In this document: in pieces, positions 52,199 through 64,000 of the stretch
How the letters are laid out: each line of letters begins with the position of its first letter
How positions within the stretch are numbered: position 1 is the stretch's first letter
DNA from: Saccostrea echinata
Lineage: Eukaryota
NCBI RefSeq assembly: GCF_033153115.1
Contig: NW_026889809.1
Coordinates: 2,666,001-2,730,000, forward strand
DNA length: 64,000 nucleotides
Reading direction: 5' to 3'
Program-made: the position numbers and the translations under genes
Notes under the pieces: generated by a model
Seen by the model: only the letters and a program-made list of their open reading frames with translations
The model's database searches: none
What the model was told of the DNA's origin: nothing

Positions 52199-55100
52199 TC
52201 AGCGATTAGAATTCTTTATCGATGGCCGACATTCCGGACACTGTGATTCGTCACTAGTATCGACGAAAAAACCAATGCTGTAGATATGGCCTGTAATGTT
52301 ATATCAGTAAATGAGTCATTTCACAGATGGTTAATTACTAATATATAATGAACAAGAAATTTCATTTGTATTTAGTAAAGTAGAAAGGTTACTTATTGCC
52401 AATGTCTAATAATTTGTTAGTTTACAATGAATTAAAAAAAATAATGTACTTACTATTTGTACATTTGTACCATTTGCCTTGCTTTGTGCACGCCACATTT
52501 TGCAAACTGATCCTTCGTTCATCATCAGAAATCCAGGAACAAGAAGTTGGCTCTTTTCTCCTAAGTTCTTCGAACGCTGACTTGGCCTTTGTAATGTCTT
52601 CAGGTTTAAAGGTACTCCCACCTGGACATCTCAGCTTGGTCATATGACACTCAAGACGTTCTTTGTCACTTTGAGTAATGTTTGTATAGTCATTTTCATC
52701 AAACTCACGTTTCATTAAAATCAAATCTAAATATAACAAGTATCTCTCCACCTCATTTGCAAATTGCCTAAGTTCATAATCTTTAAAAATTATGTCAGCG
52801 TGTTTACCAATCCACTTTACCATTATTAGATATGTTCCTTTTATTTCAGGAGGAAATTCTCTATCTGCTCTTTCAAGCTCATTGAATCTTGGTCCTATTT
52901 TTAATACAAAATATATGAGTAATTTTCTGGCAAAAATATTTTTACTGTTTTTGGGCAACAATTCATCGATATTATCCACAAAGAACGAGACGGGAGTTGT
53001 ATTCTCTTTGAGTGATTGATTGATCCAAAAGCTATTGTGAAACATACTGACCCTCCCTTTTTCAATATCTCTTTTCACTTCTTCAAGGTCTCGAAATATT
53101 TGGTTGTTGATATTTCTGTACCTTTTGCTTCTCTTTATAGGAGTGGAACATTTCGGACACATTTTCAAAGCAACTTGCCTATTCTTGTTAGACTCATCAC
53201 TAGACTCAGACTGCATGTGTCTATCCATAGCGTCCAGATCAAATATGTGCCCACAGTCTACAAGCTCGATAAAAAGTGCTTTATCGTTTCGTTTCGCTTC
53301 AGAGAACATTTCATGTAGTTGATCATTGTTGCATCGTTTGCAGAAGTTTGGGCATATCTCACCACACACGCCGGTGCACCTGTGTCGAGAATTACAACCC
53401 TTTAAAGTCCTCTTGCAACGGTTGTCGCAGCGAGGCCTTTCACAATCTTCAAAGCACTGTTTAGAACACTTGAAAGAGTTTTTGCATTTCCTATCACAAT
53501 CCCAGTTGCACGGCCTCGTGCAAGGTTCACAGATTTCACCGCACAAGCGAGGACATCCCTCTCTATGTTCACATATTCTTTCGCACTTTTTGTTACATGG
53601 TGGACACATGCTCGAACAAAGATGACCAGTATTACAATTATGCCCACATATAAGATCTCGCGAGCATACTTGTTTACATTGGATATGTAATCTTCCATTA
53701 GAACAACTATGACAGGTACCCTTACAAAAATGACCACAAGGAAGCGTTTCCCTACATTCCTTTTGGCAGAAAAAGTTATCCTTTGCAGAACATTTTATCA
53801 CCGATTCATGACCACAGGCTGGATGTGTAACTTGTACCACAACTTGACATGGATATTTATTACAGTTTTGACTACATTTCAATGTGCAAATATGACCGCA
53901 ATCACGTTGTCTTGTGCACTTTGCCGGACAAGGACGATCGCTTAGATCTTCTGAGCAAGGAACACATACTTCATGTTCACAAGTAAGGTACTTCTTTTTT
54001 ACTCTTTCCATGCATGGTCCGCATTCTTTATAACATTCTTTCTGGCACAGATGTCCATCGTCACACCATTTCTTTAAACATGCTTTTTGACATGGGAGGT
54101 CATGAATTGAGTTATCTGCATGACACTTTCTTTCACAGACATGGCCACATTGAAGAAGAGTAGCACAAGGTTCATCACATCCACCGTCTTTGACATTCTC
54201 AAAATCCTCTGGACCTGAAACGCTGGTGATCTTTTGAGGGTGATTTTTACAAACCAGTGATAAGCTTTTCCCGAGCACATCTTTTTCCTTTGCTTTTGTG
54301 ATTATTTTCATCCACAGAGGGTTATTGCGTTTATATAACATCTGAAAATTTCCAAAAGCATAAAATCCTTCCTTAGCTCTTGAAAGCAAAACACAGATTC
54401 TTTGTGGATCTCCAAGATGACCTAATTTACAATCTTCATTGCTACGAACAAGCGATAACAAAATTATTTTATTTTCCTCTCCTTGGAAGTTATCAACAGC
54501 AGTGATATGAACTCTTTGGTTAGAGAGCTCTCTTCCTATCACTAATTGTTGTGAAATTTGAGAAACTCTCGTTCTTATCTTTCTCACTTGATCATTATAG
54601 GCAGATAAAATTGTTATATCGGAGTTTGAATAACCCTGTAATATAAGGTATTTATACAAGTTGGCTATCATTTCAACTTCAAAGTCATTCGTGTAACTTG
54701 TAGAATAGTTTGTTTGGCTTTCTGGATTTTGATGATCAATGAAAAATATGTTATGTTTCATCCCTTTAACATCCTGGTATTCTAGAACAGTCAAATGGTC
54801 TTGAAGAGATGGATAAATTGCAGGGGTCAACATGCATGATATTTCTGGCCTCATCCGATGTTGTTGTGCCAAACATTGAAAAGGAAAACCATTCATGACG
54901 AGTCGCTCCATTAGAGAAACATCTGTGTTATATTGACATCTAAGATCATAGTTGTTCATTGTTGGGCGAAGTTGTTGGTGGTCACCAATCAGAATCAAAT
55001 GCTGCAAATCTTTCGTTAAGCAACCAAGAATGTGCTGCTCGTGAACTTGAGCCGCTTCCTCCACCACCACAATTCGTGGTCGAATCTCTCTCAGAAGTTC

Positions 55101-57722
55101 CATATTTGACGCTGCGCCAGTTGTGGTCATTCCTATCATTTGACAGGAGGTCAGAATAGAAAGATCACGTTTGAAGCGTTCATGGTGATCATCTTGACTT
55201 TTCCTGCTGAAATGAGAAATTAAATTCGTCCTTTGATTTTGAAACTTTATTGATAATTGGTGAATCCAAAACCTATACAGTTTCCAGCGTTCGCGAAGAC
55301 TTAGCCTCCATACATTACGAATGCGGCGCACGTTCTGAACTGGCATAATATCCTGGCAGCGCAGATTTTGTTGAACATAAGACAACATTCTCCTGCGTTT
55401 TTCGTAAGACACTCGGTTCCAAAATACCTGATGAATGTTTCGGAAGATCTGAGGGAAGAAAGTATTAAATATTATTCCGTTTGAATTCACATTGTTTGGA
55501 CACAGATGTTCATCTGCAAAGACAAAAGAAGGACGAATAGCGTGTAGAATTTCTTTCTCAAAATCATCATCGTCATCGCCAAGAATCCTTTTTTGATTTT
55601 CTTGCAAAAATAAGTCATCTATTTCTATTCCATTTTCTCTTTGCGCTTTGGTCACGTGTCCACGGAAATCCGTCGCTACATTTGGTATGCATAGCCAAGA
55701 AATAATAATAGCTTCTTTACATGGGACGAACTTCTCATGAAATCTGAAATTTATTTCCAATGACCAAATATGTTGAGGGGATATAATGTTTTCAGTCTCT
55801 AAAAACCGCGTCGATACGATACCTTTCTGTAAGTAGGAAAGAAACGTATCAATATACTTAACACATTTAGTGGAGTTTTGTACATGCCGCCTGTTTTCAC
55901 TCCAGTATCGTTCTTGTTTTCTGTGTTCTTTCAGCATAAATTTTTGTACTCGTTCATTTGCACATCTACCACCTACTCTCACAAAAGGCCGCTCTTTTCC
56001 TCTAAACAAAAATCGGAGACTAACTGAATCTAGTAATTTTTCAAAAAACTGATCGAGTGCATGGTTGGTGTAACTGAGAAGCAATATAGGTCGACTTTCT
56101 TCAAATTTGCTTTTGTTGTAAAGTAAGAATTCCATTATTCGCAATCCCATCCATGTTTTACCCGTCCCAGGCGGGCCTTGAAGAATACCAATTCTCTTTG
56201 TCAGACATTTTTTGAGCGCCTCATATTGATCTTTGTTGAGACCCATTTCTTCCGATGTTGGCCACTTGTCCACATTGAGCATAGGAACCTTCTCATACGA
56301 GGTTTTTGATGTTTGTTTTCCATATCGCAACAGGCATCCAAAGTCTGCTAGTCTTACGTCAAAATTCTTTTTGCGTGTGTAAAGAGGTTCCAAAACGTCC
56401 TGTTTTAAATAAACCAAATACTTTGCAAACGGTATGTTTTCATTTTTCTCTAGCATTGCAGATGCAAGAGTCTTAAGTGACTTCAATGTGTGATCATAAA
56501 CCATGTAGAATGATTTACTTTCTATCATAACGAGACGGCATTCCTGAACATTTCGCAGATTGTTAATACTTTGGACGTCATCGTTTAGAATTTTAAGCAA
56601 CACTCTTCCATCCGTTAGTTGTTTTAGATCACGATTTGCAATTAATGCGTACACTAAATCAGAACAGTCATCATAGGTCAAACACACAACATTCCCGTAT
56701 TGCAAAAAATTACAACTTTCCCAACGAATCTTCTTGAACATCTTCATGTCAAATTGCACCTCTAGACCAACACCTGATCCGGGGACACATTTGTTGTCAA
56801 GGAGACGTATTCTTTTGTATATCCGGACATTATCGTCTTTAAACCTTCCCTGTGTTTCCTTGGAATTGACATATTCCATATAATTCCGGATACCCCGGCG
56901 CAGTGGCCCGATAAAATCTTCCAAAAATAGACTGAACTGATCAATCAGGTAATGGGCGGGACTTTTGTAAGGCAAATTTAGGTCGCGGGGTAATATCGGG
57001 AGTGATTCGTTCTGGCGTATCATTTGTGCTGATGGTAAAATTGGCCAATTAACTAATTTTCGCAACTCGTCTTTTATTTCATCAGACAGAATAAACGTAG
57101 TGTCACCGTCATCTTTGAGCTTTTCCAGCTTTTCCCTAACGTTCAATATTCTAATAGTCTCCCTTATCTGGTCCTTGACGATAGTGTCATCATTGATACA
57201 TTTTATCTGAGAGAGTAGTCCTAGTATGGTTTTTGTGTACTTTGTTTTGATATCTTCTTGTTTTGTAATTAAAATTACAAGTTTGACCATATTTTCAAGC
57301 CATTCCTCTGAATCGCAACATTTTGATGTCAATTTTTCAGTAACTAGACTCAAAACATCATGTCTGCGGAAAAAGTCCTTTGTTTTTAAAAGTGAACAAA
57401 TGCGGTCTGGTTCACTACCAAGAGCGGCTGTCAGCATGCATACAATATATTTGATGTCATGTCCATCCAATATTGGCACATCAAACATTTTTTCTACATT
57501 TTTCAGTTCAACTGGCAACTTGTCTTCCCCATCCGGTTCGCCACTTGTTTCCATGGAAATCTCGTAACCGATCTCGTCATCACTTCCGTAATCATAGTAA
57601 TTTTGAGCTTGTTCTTCTACGTACTTGGCATACCTTCGAAAATCGAATGGACTTTTCACTCGCCGTCGTTTTGGTTCAAATGGTTTACGATCAAACGATC
57701 GTCTTCTTTTTCGACGTCCCAT
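52199..57722 (-). CDS. ZNFX1: NFX1-type zinc finger-containing protein 1-like UPF1-family SF1 RNA helicase, 1786 aa; exons 57722-52454, 52290-52199
   Basis: GPPGTGKT, YTNHALDQF, VEEAAQ, IGDHQQLRP, QHRM, VDNFQGEE and LSRAK motifs; tandem NF-X1 Cys/His fingers; CGHIF..CPKC; C-terminal RZ-like finger completed by splicing. An acceptor at 57752 argues for the ATG at 57722. Confidence 0.92.
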
Positions 57723-59269
57723 GTTAAAGTTTAGAAGAAAATTTCCTCTTTCTGTAGAAAATAAAATTTCATTTGTGAGTATTTTATGAATAGCAATGTA
57801 AATGATTATATTCATGGCGGGTGTGACCAGTAGACAGGGGTTGTTACTTCTCCATGGCACCAGATCCCATTTCTGATGCTTTTAGAGGTCCGTGTTTGCT
57901 CTTCTCCCTTCTTATTGTCTCAAATGACATTTAACTTTTTTTAGATTTCAATTATTATTAAAATTTAACTTGATCACTATTCGTTATTTTCCAGTATTTA
58001 TTTGCTTCCCTTTGGCACGAATAACATTCTTAATGCGACCAGGTTTGCTAAGAATTAACTTTTCATTTATTTATTTATTTTGATATCGCGTTTCTCTCCT
58101 GTTCGAGTATCTAAACACTTAAAATATTTTTAGTGATTGACATGTATTTCCCAAGTATTTTGTTTTTCAGCCCAAAATGTTTTCAACTGTTTTTTTCCGT
58201 AAATTCTATGGTAGTTATAATGACCTTGTTAGCAAATATAACCTATCAGTGGATCGTTTTTTGGCTGACTTGTTTCATACTAATTGTTAGGCCTTTGTTT
58301 TTTGTACTAAATTTGACTATGAAATATTCCGTCTACTAAATCAATACATAGGGCTCATGGCGGGTGTGACCGGTCAACATGGGGTGCTTACTCTTCCTGG
58401 GCACCTGATCCCACCGCTGGTATTTTCAGGGGTCCATGTTTATGCCCTGTTACAAATCTGTATTGTTTGGATTTTTTTGTTTTTTTGTTTTTAGATCGAT
58501 CACTGATCGTTATTTCACCTTTTTCAAAAATAACACTTACAAGGAAGCTTTCATACAAGTTTAATCTTTTTGGCCAATCTCTTTTTGGTTTCAAAATTTG
58601 TCAAAAGATGCCAAAAACAATCTTTTAACTATATTCGTTTTAAGAAAGGAACAAATATGAATCCCCTTTAACAAAAAGCTTTGTACAAGTTTGTTTGAAA
58701 TTTGTCAGTATTCCGGAGAAGTAAAAGATGGAACAGTTTATAAACAATTCAATAATCGGGCAGACGGACACACTACAGTCAGAAAAGCCCATACTGTCTT
58801 TCACTCTGGTGAGTTAAAATGGAACATTCAAGTATAGTTGGAATATGCAATAAAAGTTACATAAATGAAAAGAAATGTAATTATACAGAAAACCGCTTTT
58901 ACAACAATTGACATACAACCCCCTTAAAATATTATATGACATGCAAAAAGATTGAAAATTAAACTGAGTCTCTAAGATAATTTTAATTCGTCAAAGGTTC
59001 AACAATTTTACAATTAATCTATTCATCTAGTGTACAATGTATTTATGAGGACCTACCAACTGAATTAGATGCTTAGTGTACCGACATACTGCGCTATCTA
59101 AACATATTACAGAGAAATTTAATTCAGAATTACAGGGTTCAATTGACCGTTTTTGGTATAGGGTCCTGTACCCTTCCAATTGGGAATTTTTAATCGAAAA
59201 AGTGGCAGAATTTGGAAATATTGATGTCATATTTTATATTAAAATGTTGAATAAAGAGTTACTTTGAAG

Positions 59270-61237
59270 GCTTAATTCTTATTCACATCTACATCTAAAT
59301 GAATCATCAGAGTCTCAAAATTCAAGTTTGTTTTATATCAAAAGCACTAAAAAAATCCAGTCTGTGTGTCATTTAGGAATTTTTTACATTAAATTTGGGA
59401 AAAAAGAGTAAATTTTCAGTTGGGACAAGGTCCTCTTATAGGACCTGGATGTAAGGATTATTAAGCCCTGAATTAGGAATGAGAAAAAACAACTTAAAAG
59501 TTTTAAGAGCCATTCTCTGTAATGACTTGAACTTTTATATAGGAGTTGTAGCACGCATAGTCTCAGAATTTCTCCAAACTCTCTATGATAAAAGACTTTG
59601 ATACCTTAAACTCAAATCAGGCAAAAATTGGTTGCTATGTGTCATGGTTTCCATAGCAACACGTCCTAAAGTTTGAAAAACGGCATTTTTCAACATGTTC
59701 AGAGTCCCACAATTAACGTTTGCGGCAAAGCAAAGACGTGGCAATGACTGTTTCTGAAAGTTGAAGGTCTGATGTCTTAAATGTTTGATAAACATGTTTG
59801 GTAAACCAGCTATTATATACGTTACTATGGAAACAAAGTATTCAAAAGTAATAATTCTGTTCATTTAATTTTAAAAAGTCATACACTTAAGAATAAAAAC
59901 AATTATAGCTTGAAATGCAAGCAAATAATAGACAAACGATCCTTGAAACATATGCCAAGGGCAAAATATGATATTTCTTTTGGGTTGGCAATGGTTGCCA
60001 TGGTTTTAATACCACGAAGGGATTTTTTATTTGTTCTCTTAGGTTTTCAATCTTATCCTATCTTTTTAAAAAACATATTTCTATACAACTGATGATAAAT
60101 TTTTACAGGCGTTGGTGTGACCCTAATTTTCACATTTCAAAAATTTCAAATTTAATTCTTTAAATAGAGCGTTGCTATGGAAATTAGCCGAAAAAATATG
60201 CATAAAAATGTGAAAAATATTATGTTTCCTTGGATACGTGCCCTTGTATATAGATTCCCAAAACTTTTATGATTGATATTTATGAACAACTAACCTGACT
60301 TTCAATTTTGACTACCACCCAATCACTAACTGGATGCAAAAAGCTGGCACATAGGGTTTATTATTAATATAAATTAACAAAATCGAACATTTTCACTTCT
60401 TGGTAACCATAGCAACAGTGTTGTATTTTTCAACAAACTTTATCAATATATGATATTCAACTTTAGCTCTACCAGATAAGTACTATTCAAGGTTAGTCAA
60501 ATAGTATGTTTCTTGATTAAAAGGTAAGTAAATTCCTAAAGCAGCAAAAATATATCACTTTAAACAACTAGTACGTTGTTTCCATGGTAACACTGCAGAA
60601 AAACAATTAATTCCAATTTTTCTTATGTTGTCGGTGTTGCAAGGTCCTAAGGATGTATATGTGCCAGTCATGAATTTTATTGTTTTTTCCTCAAGATAGT
60701 AGCATTAACCCAATCATAGAAACATATTTTGCATGGCAACATTGTGTTACCATGGCAACCATGAAATTTATTTTTAGAATAATATTCCCAATACCTGATT
60801 ACTTAAGGTCATATACTTTTTTATTGTTTTTCTTAAGTTGTTGATTGAGTTTGATCATGTAACATCTATCATTTGTGAATATTGAGCATTTTTCAGCATT
60901 TTTCAGCATCTAAAATGTATTCCAAATGTACCCATGGTTACCACTTACTTAGAGATAAATTCTAAATAGTTTCTTTATAGCATAAGTGGCAACAAGGTGT
61001 CATGTTTTTGTGAGAATGGTTTGTTTGTTTTTCTTAGTCTTTATTAAGGCTTAATAAAGATTGAAAGTAGCTGAAAATCTCAATTTTTTCAACTTTTCTG
61101 GCTGTTACCATGGCAACCAAGACACATAGCAACGAAATTTTGTTTGATATATGTTTCTGGTGTCAAGTTGTAATAATGCGCAAAGTTTCATCAAAATCAG
61201 TGACCATGCGTGGCAAAGAAGTTGAATCGCTATTAAT
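59270..61237. repeat. Probable non-autonomous DNA transposon with ~175-bp periodic GTTNCCATGGNAAC palindromes
   Basis: Nine motif copies at 59647-61117; element boundaries are approximate. Confidence 0.45.
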
Positions 61238-63095
61238 TATTTAGCTTTAGTTAGAAAATATTTTTCTCTCTTTAATCTCTTCTTTAAAACAAATATAGTT
61301 ATATTATATCAATACTACTTTGAATTTTATTGGACCAAAAAAAAAAATTTAAAAAAAATAAAATAAAATTTAAAAAAAATAAAATAAAAAGTAAATAAAT
61401 AAAGCACACATATACTATAAATATTCAATGTTTAGGCAAAATGTTTAGGCAAAATATAGTAAAAAATAGAACTTACCGTATTTTGTTCATACAGTAAAGA
61501 AGAATTTTGAAGAATCAAATTATGCTTAGTTGTATGAGGATATATGTATTTAGAAAACCAAAGAGTTCTACGAAATAAAATCGAAACACATTTTTTAAAA
61601 GTCTTACTCAGCAAAGATTGATTTAAAAAATGGGTGCAGTTTATTTAACTCCACTAAACCGTATCGTCAGTAGAAAAGATATTGATTAATGAACTTAGAT
61701 TCATACCTATAAATAAATTATTCATGTGCATTAAATATACCCGTTGACTCTCTATATCCTACACATATCAGAGATAAACCAATTTTTAAAGGTTCAAATG
61801 AACAATTGTTAATCAGCGCAGTTTTTAAAGCAAATAACTTTTCTTTGTCCAAACTTTGTTATATTCTTTTTTTATTCAATAAAGAGAATCCTACTCTACT
61901 GTCTAATTCAGAGCACGGTTTTTAAAAAACAAGCTGGATTGCGCACGTTTATTTCCTTGAATCAAGGAAGTAAAGAAAGTAGAGCAGATACTAGTATGCA
62001 TAATTTTGACTGTGTCTTCAAAACTTGATTTTGAATGTTCAATACTTTCAGGAGCATTTGGAAATCCAAACATACGGTGAGAATTTTTTCTTATAATTAA
62101 TATATGAAAAGGTTCTCTGGCTATATCACGGAAACTTGATATATTTGTTTGTAAAACAGCTGTTTATAGCCAGAACATTTTCTTTAAATGCAACATGAAC
62201 AGACCCCCCCCCCCCCCTTAGAAAGAAACAAAAAATGAAGGAAGTAAATGATATGTTATACTCAATGTATGCAATAAAGGTTCATACTTCGCAGAGGTTG
62301 CAAAATGAAAAAAAAATAGTCGCAGTATTAAGAATGTAATTTGTAATTTTTATTTGATATTTCCGTAATTTTACTTAATTAAAACCTCACATTTTTACAT
62401 TTTTTATATCCATAATGAACTTTCTAATTGCCCAAATCATGACAATTTTGTTAAGGTTTCTCCACAGGAGACAACCAATGTCTACAGTAACCCTGATAAT
62501 AAGGATGTCTACAGTGTGTATATGTATCTATATCATAAATATTATAAATGTATACGAAAAGTCCATATTTATTTTATAATTCAACATCCTGTTCTAATTT
62601 TTTTTTAACAGCATTGATTACAAAGCTGATTAGGCTGTATATCTTAGATTTAGAGTTTGAGAAATCCAACAAAACCGATAACATGTCAAGTGTTTCTTTC
62701 TTCTGAGGAATAGACGTTATATTTCTAACATTATTAAATTGGGGGAAGGGGTATCAATCTCTGAAATAACTCTATAAGGAGTCTACAAATTTTCACTGGA
62801 ATAAAAAACGAGATGTTTTAAACAAATACTGGCTTACTGCCAATAGGGCGATACCCCAAATATATTACATTACCAGTTTGTTTTTCAAATATAAAAATGT
62901 AAAAGATAATACCTTCCTGGTAATCATATGATTCATTTACACTTAATAAGTTAAAAACGCATTGTTTTGTTGCAGAATCCTGAAATATAAGTTAACATCA
63001 TAACCGGGGATTATTATGCACTCCAGTGCAATTTCTCAGAGAGAAAACATGTAACCAAAGTACACATTTAAAGTCTGAATAGAAAGAATATAGAC

Positions 63096-64000
63096 ATGCA
63101 TTCCCAGAAGAGAAAACAGGAACAAGGACATCGCCATACAAAGCGAAGTCGAAATAACCCTCACCCGACAATGAAATGGAATGGTAGTTTACCAACCAGT
63201 CCTAGCTACAAACCGACTAGTCCTAGCTACAGACCAACCAGTCCTAACTACAGTCCAACCAGTCCTAGCTACAGGTCAACTAGTCCTAGCTACAAACCAA
63301 CTAGTCCTAGGTTCAGACCAGCCAGTCCTAGCTACAGTCCAACCAGTCCTAGCTACAGACCAACTAGTCCTAGCTACAGACCGTCGAGCCCTAGCTACAG
63401 ACCAACTAGTCCTAGCTACAGTCCAACCAGTCATAGCTACAGGTCAACTAGTCCTAGCTACAAACCAACTAGTCCTAGGTTCAGACCAACCAGTCCTAGC
63501 TACAGTCCAACCAGTCCTAGCTACAGACCAACTAGTCCTAGCTACAGACCGACGAGCCCTAGCTACAGACCAACTAGTCCTAACTACAGTCCAACCAATC
63601 CTAGGTACAGACCAACTAGTCCTAGCTACAGACCAACTAATCCTTGCTACAAACCGACTAGTCCTAGCTACAGACAGACTAGTCCTAGGTACAGACCAGC
63701 AAACCCTAGATACAGACCAACCAGTCCTTACTACAAACCGACTAATCCTAGCTACAGACCAACTTGTCCTCGCTACAGAGCATTTTACCCAAGCTTCAGA
63801 TCAGACCACAGCCAAACTACTGCTGAGCAGACAAAAAAGTTATTTAGGAGACATGCAAGCCCTGGAAGATTTCCTTACTCCAATTCAAAAAGGAAACAAT
63901 CTATACACAAAGATGACATGATGCAGCGTTTTTATAGAATCCAAGACTTTGAGGGATTTAACGTGAAATATCTTGATGATTTAAAGTTTGTATTGGCATC
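63096..64000 (+). CDS. 3'-partial protein with N-terminal Pol II CTD-like heptad array; candidate second ZNFX1-like paralog
   Basis: In-frame TAA at 63069, ATG at 63096, then open to the window end: [27 protein letters not shown](YxPTSPS)~28..[26 protein letters not shown]; acceptor TTGCAG at 62976. Confidence 0.75.
   Translation, partial: MHSQKRKQEQGHRHTKRSRNNPHPTMKWNGSLPTSPSYKPTSPSYRPTSPNYSPTSPSYRSTSPSYKPTSPRFRPASPSYSPTSPSYRPTSPSYRPSSPSYRPTSPSYSPTSHSYRSTSPSYKPTSPRFRPTSPSYSPTSPSYRPTSPSYRPTSPSYRPTSPNYSPTNPRYRPTSPSYRPTNPCYKPTSPSYRQTSPRYRPANPRYRPTSPYYKPTNPSYRPTCPRYRAFYPSFRSDHSQTTAEQTKKLFRRHASPGRFPYSNSKRKQSIHKDDMMQRFYRIQDFEGFNVKYLDDLKFVLA
63207..63794 (+). repeat. 21-bp coding tandem repeat (28 units) encoding Y[R/K/S]PTSPS
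   Basis: Unit TACAGACCAACTAGTCCTAGC; units 3-10 and 11-18 form a 168-bp higher-order duplication. Confidence 0.95.

Noticed and set aside
57723-57860. N-terminal extension and SKYIIFFNSL ending of the 1812-aa ORF
   Set aside because: Both are read-through into introns; there is an acceptor at 57752 and a donor at 52453.
63181-63921. 246-aa VLATDQL-repeat ORF in the track
   Set aside because: Probably a shadow frame: it stops at 63921, while the Y[R/K/S]PTSPS frame stays open and absorbs much of the unit variation synonymously.
63096-64000. RPB1 (POLR2A) last exon
   Set aside because: The heptads are preceded by an in-frame stop and a short leader, followed by more coding sequence, and mostly lack Ser2; no polymerase domains lie upstream.

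Overview
AT-rich, intron-containing animal DNA, most likely an oyster (Ostreidae), judged from Helentron-associated 'pearl/HINE' elements carrying 146-169 bp satellite-like cores. Spliced genes were rebuilt by hand from GT-AG junctions: a 5'-partial DUF389 membrane protein (+), PDAP1 (-) and BUD31 (+) head-to-head with 243 bp between ATGs, ATF4 (+) with a full uORF leader, SETD9 (-), and a 1786-aa ZNFX1-like helicase (-). A divergent 3'-partial gene (+, ATG 63096) is missing from the ORF track. Its frame encodes about 28 tandem RNA polymerase II CTD-like heptads (Y[R/K/S]PTSPS) near the N-terminus, followed by a segment resembling the neighbouring ZNFX1; this is the most striking observation. 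Other highlights: an RZ finger lacking its catalytic Cys, a hAT MITE inserted inverted into its own copy (731-bp hairpin in a BUD31 intron), a periodic RFX X-box array, and several nested transposons and minisatellites.
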